Part shown: positions 19,606-28,725 of the stretch, piece by piece | How the letters are laid out: every line of letters begins with the position of its first letter | Position numbering within the stretch: position 1 is the first letter of the stretch | Source of the DNA: an uncultured Fibrobacterota bacterium | Lineage (GTDB): Bacteria; Fibrobacterota; Chitinivibrionia; Chitinivibrionales; FEN-1185 | Reading direction: 5' to 3' | NCBI GenBank assembly: GCA_963729895.1 | Contig: CAVSQB010000028.1 | Coordinates: 160,001-224,000 of the forward strand | DNA length: 64,000 nt | Notes under the pieces: generated by a model | Database searches by the model: none | Told to the model about the DNA's origin: nothing | The model's input: the letters and a program-made list of their open reading frames with translations, nothing else | Translations under genes and position numbers: made by a program

Positions 19606-20493
19606 ATGACATTGCGAGGTTGTTATGTTGCACTTGCCACGCCCTTTGCAAATGATGGCATGGTGTATGAGGCGGGACTCAGGAGCAACATCGAGTTTCT
19701 GATACAGAACGGGGTCGCGGGAATAGTTCCCTGCGGCACAACGGGCGAATCGGCCACGCTGTCGTGGGACGAGCACAACAATGTGGTGGATATCGCGCTC
19801 GATCAGGTAAAGGGCCGCGTCCAGGTTATTGCCGGGGCCGGCTCAAATAACACGAACGAATCGATTGAGGCCGCCGTGCATGCCAAGGAAAAAGGCGCGC
19901 AGGCGATCCTTTGTATCACGCCGTACTACAACAAACCCACGCAGGAAGGGTTGTACCAGCATTACAAGCTGATCGCTACCACCGTGGACATCCCGATCGT
20001 TTTATACAACGTGCCGGGCCGCACCGGCGTCAACATGCAGCCGAAAACGGTGGAACGACTGTGCGAATTCAAATCCATCGTCGCTCTCAAAGAAGCCAGC
20101 GGCAACCTGCAGCAGATTTCGGAAATCCACCGGCGATGCGGCGACCGTCTTACCATCTTGTCGGGTGACGATGCGCTGACGCTGCCCATACTCGCCTGCG
20201 GCGGCAAAGGCGTCATTTCCGTGGTCGCCAACATCTGGCCCCAGAAGATGGTCGCAATGCTGGATGCGTTTTTTGCGCAGGACATGACAACGGCGCTTGC
20301 GCTGCACGAGGAGCTGCTGCCGGTTTCCAACGCAATGTTTTTCGAGACGAGCCCCGGGCCGGTGAAGACCGCCATGAATTACCTGGGGCTTGCCGCGGGT
20401 CCCTTGCGCCTTCCCCTTGTCGATATGGAAAGCGACACCCGGGAAAAACTCATTTCGGTATTGAAGCAGAGCGGCATCAAACAATTGCCGTAG
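19606..20493 (+). CDS. dapA: 4-hydroxy-tetrahydrodipicolinate synthase
   Basis: GTTGES, PYYNKP, YNVPGRTG, KEASG. Confidence 0.96.
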   Translation: MTLRGCYVALATPFANDGMVYEAGLRSNIEFLIQNGVAGIVPCGTTGESATLSWDEHNNVVDIALDQVKGRVQVIAGAGSNNTNESIEAAVHAKEKGAQAILCITPYYNKPTQEGLYQHYKLIATTVDIPIVLYNVPGRTGVNMQPKTVERLCEFKSIVALKEASGNLQQISEIHRRCGDRLTILSGDDALTLPILACGGKGVISVVANIWPQKMVAMLDAFFAQDMTTALALHEELLPVSNAMFFETSPGPVKTAMNYLGLAAGPLRLPLVDMESDTREKLISVLKQSGIKQLP

Positions 20494-20505
20494 AACGGAC
20501 GCGGC

Positions 20506-21309
20506 TTGACAACGGATATCATCCTCACCGGCGCGCTCGGGAAAATGGGCAGGGAAATCGCCTCGGTCGTGCTCGCCGATGCGGTATGCACGCTCGCCGG
20601 CTGCATCGAACACCCGACGCATCAATCAATCGGCACGGACTATGGTTCCCTCACGGGCCTGGGGGTTTCCGGGCTTTTTCTGAGCGGTTCGCCCGAGGGC
20701 CTGCCTGTTGACAAAAGCGTCATCGTCGATTTTACGTCACCGCAGGCGACGCTCGCCCTGCTCGACGCCGTGGAAGGCAGGGCCGTGGGCATCGTGATCG
20801 GAACCACAGGATTCTCCGATATGGAGATCGCGCGCATCCGGCGGGCTGCGCAGGCGATTCCCATCGTGTTAAGCCCCAACATGAGTTACGGCGTCAACCT
20901 CCTGTTCGCGCTCACCGAACTCGCGGCGCAGAAGCTCGGCGACTCGTACGACATCGAAATCGTGGAAGCGCATCACCGGTTCAAAAAGGACTCGCCCAGC
21001 GGCACTGCCCGCAAGCTCGGCGAAATCGCGGCCGCCGCCATCGGCACAACCTACGATGATGCGGTCAGGAACGGCCGCGCCGGCATGGTAGGCGAGCGGC
21101 CGAAGAAGGAAATCGGCATGCATGCGGTTCGCGGCGGCGACATCGTGGGCGATCATACGGTGCTTTTTGCCGGCATGGGCGAACGAATCGAACTTCGTCA
21201 TGTGATGCATAGCCGGGCCACTCTTGCCCGCGGGGCCGTTGTTGCGGCAAAGTGGCTTGCGGCGCAGAAACCAGGCCTTTACAGTATGCGTGACGTTCTG
21301 GGGCTGTAA
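20506..21309 (+). CDS. dapB: 4-hydroxy-tetrahydrodipicolinate reductase
   Basis: GALGKMG, GTTG, EAHHRFKKDSPSGTA, RGGDIVGDH. Confidence 0.96.
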   Translation: MTTDIILTGALGKMGREIASVVLADAVCTLAGCIEHPTHQSIGTDYGSLTGLGVSGLFLSGSPEGLPVDKSVIVDFTSPQATLALLDAVEGRAVGIVIGTTGFSDMEIARIRRAAQAIPIVLSPNMSYGVNLLFALTELAAQKLGDSYDIEIVEAHHRFKKDSPSGTARKLGEIAAAAIGTTYDDAVRNGRAGMVGERPKKEIGMHAVRGGDIVGDHTVLFAGMGERIELRHVMHSRATLARGAVVAAKWLAAQKPGLYSMRDVLGL

Positions 21310-21486
21310 CCCTCACAAGGGGTGTTATTCTTCCGCGGGAGGCCGGTCGCAGGTTTTTTCGGATCGGGCATTGCACTCATCAATTTTTTGTTGCCTGACA
21401 CGAAATACTAGTGCTGTATTTTTTCCGGCGCAATCGGTTTTCAGATGAACGTCCGCACCACGAGTACCACTCCGCAAGGAGCCTGA

Positions 21487-22806
21487 ATGGCCAATCCACT
21501 CTCCGTTGCAGTAAGCCTTCTTGTGCTTTTCTTCTCGTACGTAACCGCTTCAGGCGCGGCGTCTGATTCCGCTGCAACCAGGGACACCGCTCAACAACAG
21601 CAGCCCAAGCAAGCTGCACCTGTTGCAGCCAAAGACACTTCGCAGAAAACGCCCGCAGCCATCGGCGCACCAGCTTCAGCAAAGCCCGCAGCCTTGCCAA
21701 ATAAGAAACCGGTTGAGGAAGATCTTGATGAGGAGATGCTCCTGCCGGAAAAGGGAGCGCCTCAGCCGGTACAGGCCGCCCCTGCGCCGGCCGCGGCAAA
21801 AACCGCGGCAATGCAGCAGGCAGCCGACACTTCGAAAGCGGCAGGCGCTGCGCCTGTTCGAGCGCCGGCGGGACCGGCCGCCGAAACCGGGAAACCTGCG
21901 CAGGTCCCCGGGGTCGGCGCTCTTGCCGACACGTCAAAAAAGGCTGCGGCGCAGAAAACCGTCGCGCCCGTGAGAATCGAAGAAGCCCGCCCCATCAATT
22001 TTGCCAGGAACCTTAAGGACTACCGCTCGCCGAAACTTGCCATGTTCCTGTCGCTGCTCGTTCCCGGCCTCGGACAGGCATATGTCAAGAGCTACGTCAA
22101 GGCCGGGCTTTTCATAGCGGCCGAGGCGGCGATCATCGGCGCAAGCGTGGTGTACTCGAACAAGGGAAGCAGCAAGTACAATCAGGCCACCGCGTTTGCC
22201 GACAGGAATTATTCCGTCTCAACCATGCAGAATTATTACACCCAACTTCTTGCTTTCATGGGAGGGGACACCACTGCCCAGGGCACGCTCAATGGCATCT
22301 ATTACGATACCGTCCCTAACGCCAACTCGAGCCTTAGCCAGGGTTCCAAGACCAAATCGCATGGATATTACACGCTGATCGCGCAGCCCGAGTACATTCA
22401 GGGATGGAAAGATTGCCAGCCAACTTTCAGTCAGATACAGAATCTTTCCCTTAACCAGAAATATTCCACAAAGGGGGGGACAACCTACACTCTTGACAGC
22501 AATTTGTATCAAGTGGATATCAACGGCAATCCCGCAAATGCCGCATATGGCTATTCCGACAGCCTGATTGCGTACAAAGCCCTGATGTCCCAGTCCAACA
22601 GCGACTACAAGACGGCCACTAATATCCTGTTCATCATCCTTGTCAATCATATCGTGAGCGCCGTGGATGCATTGATTTCCGCCAGAATATACAACGACGA
22701 GCTGCTCGGCAAGCAGAGCTTCTGGAACCATATCGACCTGGAGCCCAGCGTTGCCGCAGCCGGGACAATGAGCGGCCCGGCACTATCCCTGAGGATAAAA
22801 TTTTGA
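21487..22806 (+). CDS. Secreted/outer-membrane hypothetical protein with Ala/Pro-rich linker (DUF5683-like motif)
   Basis: Signal peptide; SPKLAMFLSLLVPGLGQAY motif; ends LSLRIKF. Confidence 0.7.
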   Translation: MANPLSVAVSLLVLFFSYVTASGAASDSAATRDTAQQQQPKQAAPVAAKDTSQKTPAAIGAPASAKPAALPNKKPVEEDLDEEMLLPEKGAPQPVQAAPAPAAAKTAAMQQAADTSKAAGAAPVRAPAGPAAETGKPAQVPGVGALADTSKKAAAQKTVAPVRIEEARPINFARNLKDYRSPKLAMFLSLLVPGLGQAYVKSYVKAGLFIAAEAAIIGASVVYSNKGSSKYNQATAFADRNYSVSTMQNYYTQLLAFMGGDTTAQGTLNGIYYDTVPNANSSLSQGSKTKSHGYYTLIAQPEYIQGWKDCQPTFSQIQNLSLNQKYSTKGGTTYTLDSNLYQVDINGNPANAAYGYSDSLIAYKALMSQSNSDYKTATNILFIILVNHIVSAVDALISARIYNDELLGKQSFWNHIDLEPSVAAAGTMSGPALSLRIKF

Positions 22807-23537
22807 ACGCATTTCGCGCCTCTGCGGCAACCGCCTTGTTCGTCGCATTCGCCCTGTTCGGCCCGGCCGACTGCCAGGTTGTCGTCCAGGAAGGCGTGAG
22901 CACCGACACGGTCGACCTCTTTGCCAAGTCCTCAAAACCGCAAAAATCCATGGTGCTTGCGATGTGCGCATCCATCGTGCTGCCCGGCCTCGGGCAGCAG
23001 TACCTGGGTGACAATACAAAGGCGCTTGCCTACTACTCCGCCGAAGCGCTGTTCATTGTCGGCGCGGTTTTCTGCAGCCATTATTCCCGGACGGTGTTCG
23101 ACAACGCCAAGGCCTTCGCCTGGGACCATGCCGAGGCGCAGGGCGGCGCCGGCGCAAACGACCAGTACTGGCAGAACGTGGCGGACTACGACGAGTCGGA
23201 CGGATACAATCAATCCCTTTCCCTGGGGTACAACAAGGAGGCTGAACTCATCTACCGAAGCCAGGCCCAGGACTACCTTACGTCTAATCTGCAATGGCAC
23301 TGGGATGATACGTCCAACCGGACGATTTACGGCGGCATGCTGCAGCAGTCAATGGGCTGGCAGGTGGCGTCGTCGTTTTTTATCGGGGCAATGGTTCTCA
23401 ACAGGCTGGTGTCGTTCATCGACGCCCGCTTTACGGCGAGGCACATGGAGGCGAAGTCGCTTTCGTCGCTGCAATTCGTTCCCCGCTACGATCCGGGCAC
23501 CAGGGCCTCCGGTGTCGCGCTCCAGGCAGGATTCTAG
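22803..23537 (+). CDS. Secreted/outer-membrane hypothetical protein, probable paralog of the upstream gene
   Basis: Signal peptide; KSMVLAMCASIVLPGLGQQY; ends LQAGF; 4-nt overlap with upstream stop. Confidence 0.7.
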   Translation: MNAFRASAATALFVAFALFGPADCQVVVQEGVSTDTVDLFAKSSKPQKSMVLAMCASIVLPGLGQQYLGDNTKALAYYSAEALFIVGAVFCSHYSRTVFDNAKAFAWDHAEAQGGAGANDQYWQNVADYDESDGYNQSLSLGYNKEAELIYRSQAQDYLTSNLQWHWDDTSNRTIYGGMLQQSMGWQVASSFFIGAMVLNRLVSFIDARFTARHMEAKSLSSLQFVPRYDPGTRASGVALQAGF

Positions 23538-23663
23538 GCTTCCTTTCCAAAAGAGAATGCCGCGTTTGGAAACGTGTGCGGACCGCAGTGCGCCGGCGAC
23601 AGGCGTGCGCTCCACCGGGCAGGACGAGGGAGTCCGGCGGATGTTTCGTGAAGGGAACCAACG

Positions 23664-24371
23664 GTGAATCTGATACTGTTGTTTGAATCAGATTTCATCG
23701 ACGGATCGCACGTCGTGCTCAAAGGCCGCAGGCTGAAGCACATGGCCGAGGTGCACCGGGTTGCCGCTGGTGACACGTTGCGAGTCGGTAAATTGAACGG
23801 TCTGCTGGGCACCGGGACGGTCACGGCCATTGACGTGCGGTCATGCACCATGGAAGTGAGGCTCGACCAAAATCCGCCGGACCCTCTGTCCCTCACGCTG
23901 CTGCTTGCCCTGCCACGGCCCAAAGTCCTTCGAAGAATAGCGGAATGCGCTACCGCCGTGGGCGTCAAGATGATTTACATTATGGAAACATGGCGCGTGG
24001 AAAAGAGCTTCTGGGAAAGCCCGTCTCTGGCTCCCGGCGTCCTTGCCGGCTCGTGCGTGCTCGGGCTTGAGCAGGCCGGGGATACGGTGATGCCCCACAT
24101 CGTTTTCAAACGCCGATTCAAACCGTTTGTCGAAGACGAGGTCCCCGCCATACTGGAAGGGACCCGGGCGATTGTCGCTCATCCCGGGGCGGAAAAGCAG
24201 TGCCCGCATGGCATAAAAGGCCCCGTAACCCTTGCCGTCGGCCCGGAAGGCGGGTTCATACCGTATGAGATCGATTTGCTGAAGAAGCAGGGGTTTGAGG
24301 ATGTTACTTTCGGGAAAAGGATATTGAGAACCGAGTGGTTTGTACCGGCAGTGGTGGGGAGAATGTTTTAG
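23664..24371 (+). CDS. rsmE: 16S rRNA m3U1498 methyltransferase
   Basis: H...VHR, EQAG, VGPEGGF, GKRILRTE. Confidence 0.9.
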   Translation: MNLILLFESDFIDGSHVVLKGRRLKHMAEVHRVAAGDTLRVGKLNGLLGTGTVTAIDVRSCTMEVRLDQNPPDPLSLTLLLALPRPKVLRRIAECATAVGVKMIYIMETWRVEKSFWESPSLAPGVLAGSCVLGLEQAGDTVMPHIVFKRRFKPFVEDEVPAILEGTRAIVAHPGAEKQCPHGIKGPVTLAVGPEGGFIPYEIDLLKKQGFEDVTFGKRILRTEWFVPAVVGRMF

Positions 24372-24385
24372 AAAAGCCGTTGTCG

Positions 24386-24835
24386 TTATCTCTCTTCGCG
24401 CAGTTTTTCATAATCCGCCAAATCCTGCGGTCTGCCCGACGCCTTCTTGTTTTTCAACAGGTGAGGCAGGCTGATGACGTTGATAAATGTGTCATCAACC
24501 GCGATACGTTTCCTTGCTTTAAAACACTCTTTGAAAGCAACCCCAGAAATTGTGGATACTATTTCAATCCTCATGGGCGGAATGCCCATACGTAAAATCT
24601 GGCCCGGCAGATAGAACAAATCCTGAGGGAGGGACTGGCGTGAGAAACCGAATTTTTCAAGAACAGTCTTCAATCTCTTCTTATTGACCGGATCATCAGA
24701 GACCCAGAAATCCATGTCGTTGGTGGCGCGCACGTAGCCGTAAAGAGAGACCGCGTATCCGCCGATAAGAAGATATCTCACTCTATGCTTGTTGAGCAAC
24801 TTCAAGAAGTCTTTGAAGTCGCGAGGCAGCGTCAT
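24386..24835 (-). CDS. Minimal nucleotidyltransferase-like protein
   Basis: RYLLIGGYAV..YGYVRAT.DMD and NKKASGRPQDLAD motifs. Confidence 0.85.
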   Translation of the reverse strand: MTLPRDFKDFLKLLNKHRVRYLLIGGYAVSLYGYVRATNDMDFWVSDDPVNKKRLKTVLEKFGFSRQSLPQDLFYLPGQILRMGIPPMRIEIVSTISGVAFKECFKARKRIAVDDTFINVISLPHLLKNKKASGRPQDLADYEKLREER

Positions 24836-24971
24836 GGCCATACCATTGTCTGCGAAGTTGTTGAAGACCGTACAGACGTTCCCGGGAGGATCTGGATCGC
24901 CAGAATTGGATGTCGTCTTTTCCCGACTGTACCGTGGAGATGGTGAGGACTCTTTTGACTCTCGTATGCAA
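24783..24971 (-). CDS. Small hypothetical protein coupled to the nucleotidyltransferase (start uncertain, TTG 24971 assumed)
   Basis: DDIQFWRSRSSRERL...LRRQWYG...RLQRLLEV; overlaps the nucleotidyltransferase start. Confidence 0.6.
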   Translation of the reverse strand: MHTRVKRVLTISTVQSGKDDIQFWRSRSSRERLYGLQQLRRQWYGHDAASRLQRLLEVAQQA

Positions 24972-25173
24972 TGATTCAACAGATTCCCGCGGAAGTGCTC
25001 CGCGGTTGTTGCGCAGGGCATATGCCGCGGGACAATGGCCTGCCGTTTTGGTGTGCGTGAGCCTTTTCATACTGTAAGAATATACTCATGGAGACAGTTT
25101 TCCACCAGACTAATTTCGCTTCTCCAACTCAACCGGTACTCTCTCGCCCACAACGAACTATTTTATTTTCAGG

Positions 25174-26100
25174 ATGAAACCCACACCCAACCGCAACGAC
25201 CCGTGCTACTGCGGCAGCGGGAAGAAATACAAGAAGTGCCATATGCTTCTTGACGAAAAGGGCGCATCGCGGCCGGCAAAAGCCCGGGAGCGGCTTGTCA
25301 AGACGCCATCGGAGATCGAGGGAATGCGCAGGGCAGGCGCATTCAACGGCGAGCTCATGGATTACATGCGGGAATTCGTGAAGGCCGGCGTGTCCACGGA
25401 AGAACTTGACGGGCGCGCGCACGACTACACCGTTTCCCGCGGCCACACCCCGGCATGCCTCCAATATAAGGGATATCCGAAGTCCATCTGCACGTCCGTC
25501 AACAGCGTGGTGTGCCACGGCATCCCATCGCCGAACGAGGTTCTCAAGGACGGTGATATCGTGAATGTGGACCTTACCACCATCGTGGACGGTTTCTACG
25601 GCGACTCGTCCGAAACGTTCATGATCGGCGAAGTGGATCAAAGGGCGAAACACCTCGTGGGCGTAACGGCGAAGGCCATGCTGCTGGGCATTGCCGCATG
25701 CAGGTCCGGCAATCACCTGCGGGAGATCGCGCAGGCGATTGAGCCGTACGCGGTTTCGCACGGCTGTTCGGTGGTGCGCCAGTACACGGGCCACGGCATC
25801 GGCAGGCAGTTTCACGAGCAGCATTTCAGCGTGTATCACCATAGGGCCGACGACTGCGACGATGTTGTGCTGGAACCGGGCATGACGTTCACCGTGGAGC
25901 CCATGATCAACCTCGGCGGGTGGGAAGTCGTCACCGATCCGTACGACAAATGGACCGTGCGCACCAAAGACGGCTCGCTTTCCGCGCAATTCGAGCACAC
26001 CGTGCTGGTTACCGAATCGGAACCCGAGCTCCTCACACTCACGCCGTCCCAGAAAGCCGCGCACGTGGCAATCGCCGTTCCCGGCATGAGCATTTCATGA
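25174..26100 (+). CDS. map: Type I methionine aminopeptidase with N-terminal SEC-C motif
   Basis: RNDPCYCGSGKKYKKCH; CTSVNSVVCHGIP, GHGIG, EPMIN, SAQFEHT. Confidence 0.95.
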   Translation: MKPTPNRNDPCYCGSGKKYKKCHMLLDEKGASRPAKARERLVKTPSEIEGMRRAGAFNGELMDYMREFVKAGVSTEELDGRAHDYTVSRGHTPACLQYKGYPKSICTSVNSVVCHGIPSPNEVLKDGDIVNVDLTTIVDGFYGDSSETFMIGEVDQRAKHLVGVTAKAMLLGIAACRSGNHLREIAQAIEPYAVSHGCSVVRQYTGHGIGRQFHEQHFSVYHHRADDCDDVVLEPGMTFTVEPMINLGGWEVVTDPYDKWTVRTKDGSLSAQFEHTVLVTESEPELLTLTPSQKAAHVAIAVPGMSIS

Positions 26101-27302
26101 AACCCACCCGCGTATTCGACACCGACATCCCGGCCCCCAGCGAACGTGTGATCCTTGCCGGCCTTCTCATCGGCGGCCAGGACCAGGAGCTTTTCGATAT
26201 TGACATGAAAGAAATGAGGATGCTGTGCGCCACGGCCGGCGCAAACATAGTGCATACCGCGGTTCAGCGCCGGGAAGCGCCGGTGGCATCAACCTACATC
26301 GGCCCCGGCAAGCTCTCCGAAATCTCCGCGCTCATGAAACGGCTCGCGTGCACAACGCTGGTGATCGACGCGCACTTGTCGCCGGGCCAGGTGCGCAACA
26401 TCGAAAAGATCATCGAGGGGAAGGTAATTGACAGAGGGCAACTTATTCTCGACATCTTCGCCAAGCACGCCCGCACCAACGAGGCCCGCATCCAGGTGGA
26501 GCTTGCCCAGATGAAAACGATGTACCCGCGCCTCACACATGCGTGGACGCATTTTTCCCAGCAGGTGGGCGGCATCGGCACCAAGGGACCAGGCGAAAAG
26601 CAGCTCGAGGTGGACCGGCGCCTCATCCAGAAGAAGATTTCCGACCTCAACGGCCGCCTCAAGACCATAGAGAAATCGCGCGCCACACAGCGCAAATCGC
26701 GCGCCGGTGAATTCAAGGTGACGCTTGTGGGATACACGAACGTAGGCAAGTCGTGCTTGCTGAACGCGCTGTCGGGCGCCGACGTGCTGGTGCAGAACAA
26801 GCTGTTTGCCACGCTCGACACGGCAACGCGTCGCACGTTTATTCCCGGCGCGGGGGAGATCGTTATTTCGGATACGGTCGGCTTCCTGCGTAAACTGCCG
26901 CACCATCTGGTGGCGTCGTTCAAAGGCACGCTCGAGGTGGTGTCGCAGGCCGATCTGCTGCTTATCGTTATGGACGCGGCAAGCCCGTGGGCCGACCGCC
27001 AGCTCGCAACTGTCAATGAAGTCCTTGCCGACCTCGGGGCCGGCGCAATTCCGCGTCTGCTTCTGTTCAATAAGATCGACCTTGTCGCCGACCCTGTGGA
27101 GCGCAAAAGGCTCTCGATGCAGTACCCGGACGCCCTGTTCGTGTCTGCGTTGTCGCAGGACGACATGACAATTGTAAAGAATCACATTGCCGACATAATC
27201 CGTACGTATAAGAAAGAAACTGCCGTTGCGGACATCATAGCGCAGAAAACGAAGGAGCTGAGCAGGGAACAGGAAGAAACGCCTCAACAGCCGTGGGACT
27301 AA
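26097..27302 (+). CDS. hflX: GTPase HflX
   Basis: ILDIFAKHA, GPGEKQLEVDRR, GYTNVGKS, LFATLDT, DTVGF, NKID. Confidence 0.96.
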   Translation: MKPTRVFDTDIPAPSERVILAGLLIGGQDQELFDIDMKEMRMLCATAGANIVHTAVQRREAPVASTYIGPGKLSEISALMKRLACTTLVIDAHLSPGQVRNIEKIIEGKVIDRGQLILDIFAKHARTNEARIQVELAQMKTMYPRLTHAWTHFSQQVGGIGTKGPGEKQLEVDRRLIQKKISDLNGRLKTIEKSRATQRKSRAGEFKVTLVGYTNVGKSCLLNALSGADVLVQNKLFATLDTATRRTFIPGAGEIVISDTVGFLRKLPHHLVASFKGTLEVVSQADLLLIVMDAASPWADRQLATVNEVLADLGAGAIPRLLLFNKIDLVADPVERKRLSMQYPDALFVSALSQDDMTIVKNHIADIIRTYKKETAVADIIAQKTKELSREQEETPQQPWD

Positions 27303-27635
27303 CTGACATTAGGGAAAGGAAGTCTGCTTGTGGAGGAAGTTTACCCCGTCGGGTACTTCCAAGGGTCGTCCCCCTCGCTCCAGCCCGGCGCGTTTTCCAA
27401 TTTGTAACCAGGTCCAATCGCGCGCCGATCTTCCGCTACCCCCTCTTGGGTGCACCCATAGAGAGAGTAGTTGCAAGAGACAATCTTGGGCTGTAGGGCA
27501 CCCACGAAGGGCAGTAGACAGGCAAGGATGATTGCTTTGATTATTGTTATTATACCTGATTCCAATTAGTTAGCTATCCATTATTGAGTCCGCGTTCAGT
27601 CACTAAAGTACGTTCACTAACCGGAAGTGCTCGAT

Positions 27636-27810
27636 GCGTTAGGCAGGACTGAAGGGTTCCGCCATAGCGGGATTGCCGGCCGACCCTCGCCGGAGGCGAC
27701 AAGGGCGGTCCCGCAACGAGGCGAAAAGCCGACGACCCTTGGAAGCACCCGAAGGGGTGGCCCGGAAGGAGGGCCACCCCGGCCACGGGGCGGGGAACGC
27801 CCAACTCTTT
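27636..27810 (-). repeat. Structured intergenic repeat/ncRNA, copy 2 of 3 (Flavo-1-like)
   Basis: Minus strand reads AAAGAGTTGGGCGTTCCCC...GGGGTGGCCCTCCTTCCGG...CAGTCCTGCCTAACGC. Confidence 0.65.
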
Positions 27811-27828
27811 CATTATTAGTAGAAGTAA

Positions 27829-28725
27829 ATGGAAAAACAAATCTCATTCTTAAACCCCGAACACCTTGCGCCCATCCGCAACCTCAACCTGAGGACAAAG
27901 GCGATTGTCGAAGGGACGATAGCGGGGCTGCACAAGAGCCCCTACCACGGCTTCAGCGCGCAGTTCCTCGAATACCGGCCCTACCTCCCTGGGGAATCGA
28001 CGCGGCGTATTGACTGGCGCAAGTACGCGAAGACCGGTCGCTCCGTGGTGCGGCTCTTTGAGGATGAAACCAACCTGTTTGCATGGATCCTTCTGGACAA
28101 AAGCGGATCGATGGCGTTTTCTTCCGGCGGGCCCATGAACAAGTACGAGTACGCGCGCACGCTCGCGGCGTCGCTTGCCTGGATCCTGATCCGCCAGCGC
28201 GACGCGGTCGGCCTGTTCGCGTTCGACAGCGCGGAAAGCCTCATGGTGCCGCCTCACTCCACGGCCATCCAACTCACCACCATTCTATCGCGGCTGTCTT
28301 CGCTTGAGGCGGGCGGAACAACCGACTGCGGCCGCTCGTTGGAACGGCTGGCCACCGCCATCGGCAAGCGCGGCCTGTGCATTGTCATTTCGGACCTTTT
28401 CGACGACCCCGAGGCGATCGTCCGCGGGCTCAGGCATCTGCGGTTCAAGCGGCAGGATGTTATGGTCCTGTGGGTGCTCGACCCGATGGAAGACAGGTTT
28501 GCAAACGGCGGCTCACTTGACGTACACGACCTGGAGACGGGCGGCAGCATCATGGTGGATGGATTGACAGCATCGGAATTCTTCACGAGCGGCATACTGC
28601 GCCACAGGAAGATCATAGAGGACGCATGCCGCTCGCTTCGGATCGGGTTTGAGCGGGTGGTAACCGACGAGCCGTTCCAGAAGGCGCTTCTGCGCGTCCT
28701 TCAAAAGCGGAGGCGCCTGTTTTGA
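27829..28725 (+). CDS. DUF58 (vWA-like) family protein
   Basis: GLHKSPYHGFS..F.EYR.Y.PG, IDWRKYAKT, LLDKSGSM, ISDLF. Confidence 0.9.
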   Translation: MEKQISFLNPEHLAPIRNLNLRTKAIVEGTIAGLHKSPYHGFSAQFLEYRPYLPGESTRRIDWRKYAKTGRSVVRLFEDETNLFAWILLDKSGSMAFSSGGPMNKYEYARTLAASLAWILIRQRDAVGLFAFDSAESLMVPPHSTAIQLTTILSRLSSLEAGGTTDCGRSLERLATAIGKRGLCIVISDLFDDPEAIVRGLRHLRFKRQDVMVLWVLDPMEDRFANGGSLDVHDLETGGSIMVDGLTASEFFTSGILRHRKIIEDACRSLRIGFERVVTDEPFQKALLRVLQKRRRLF

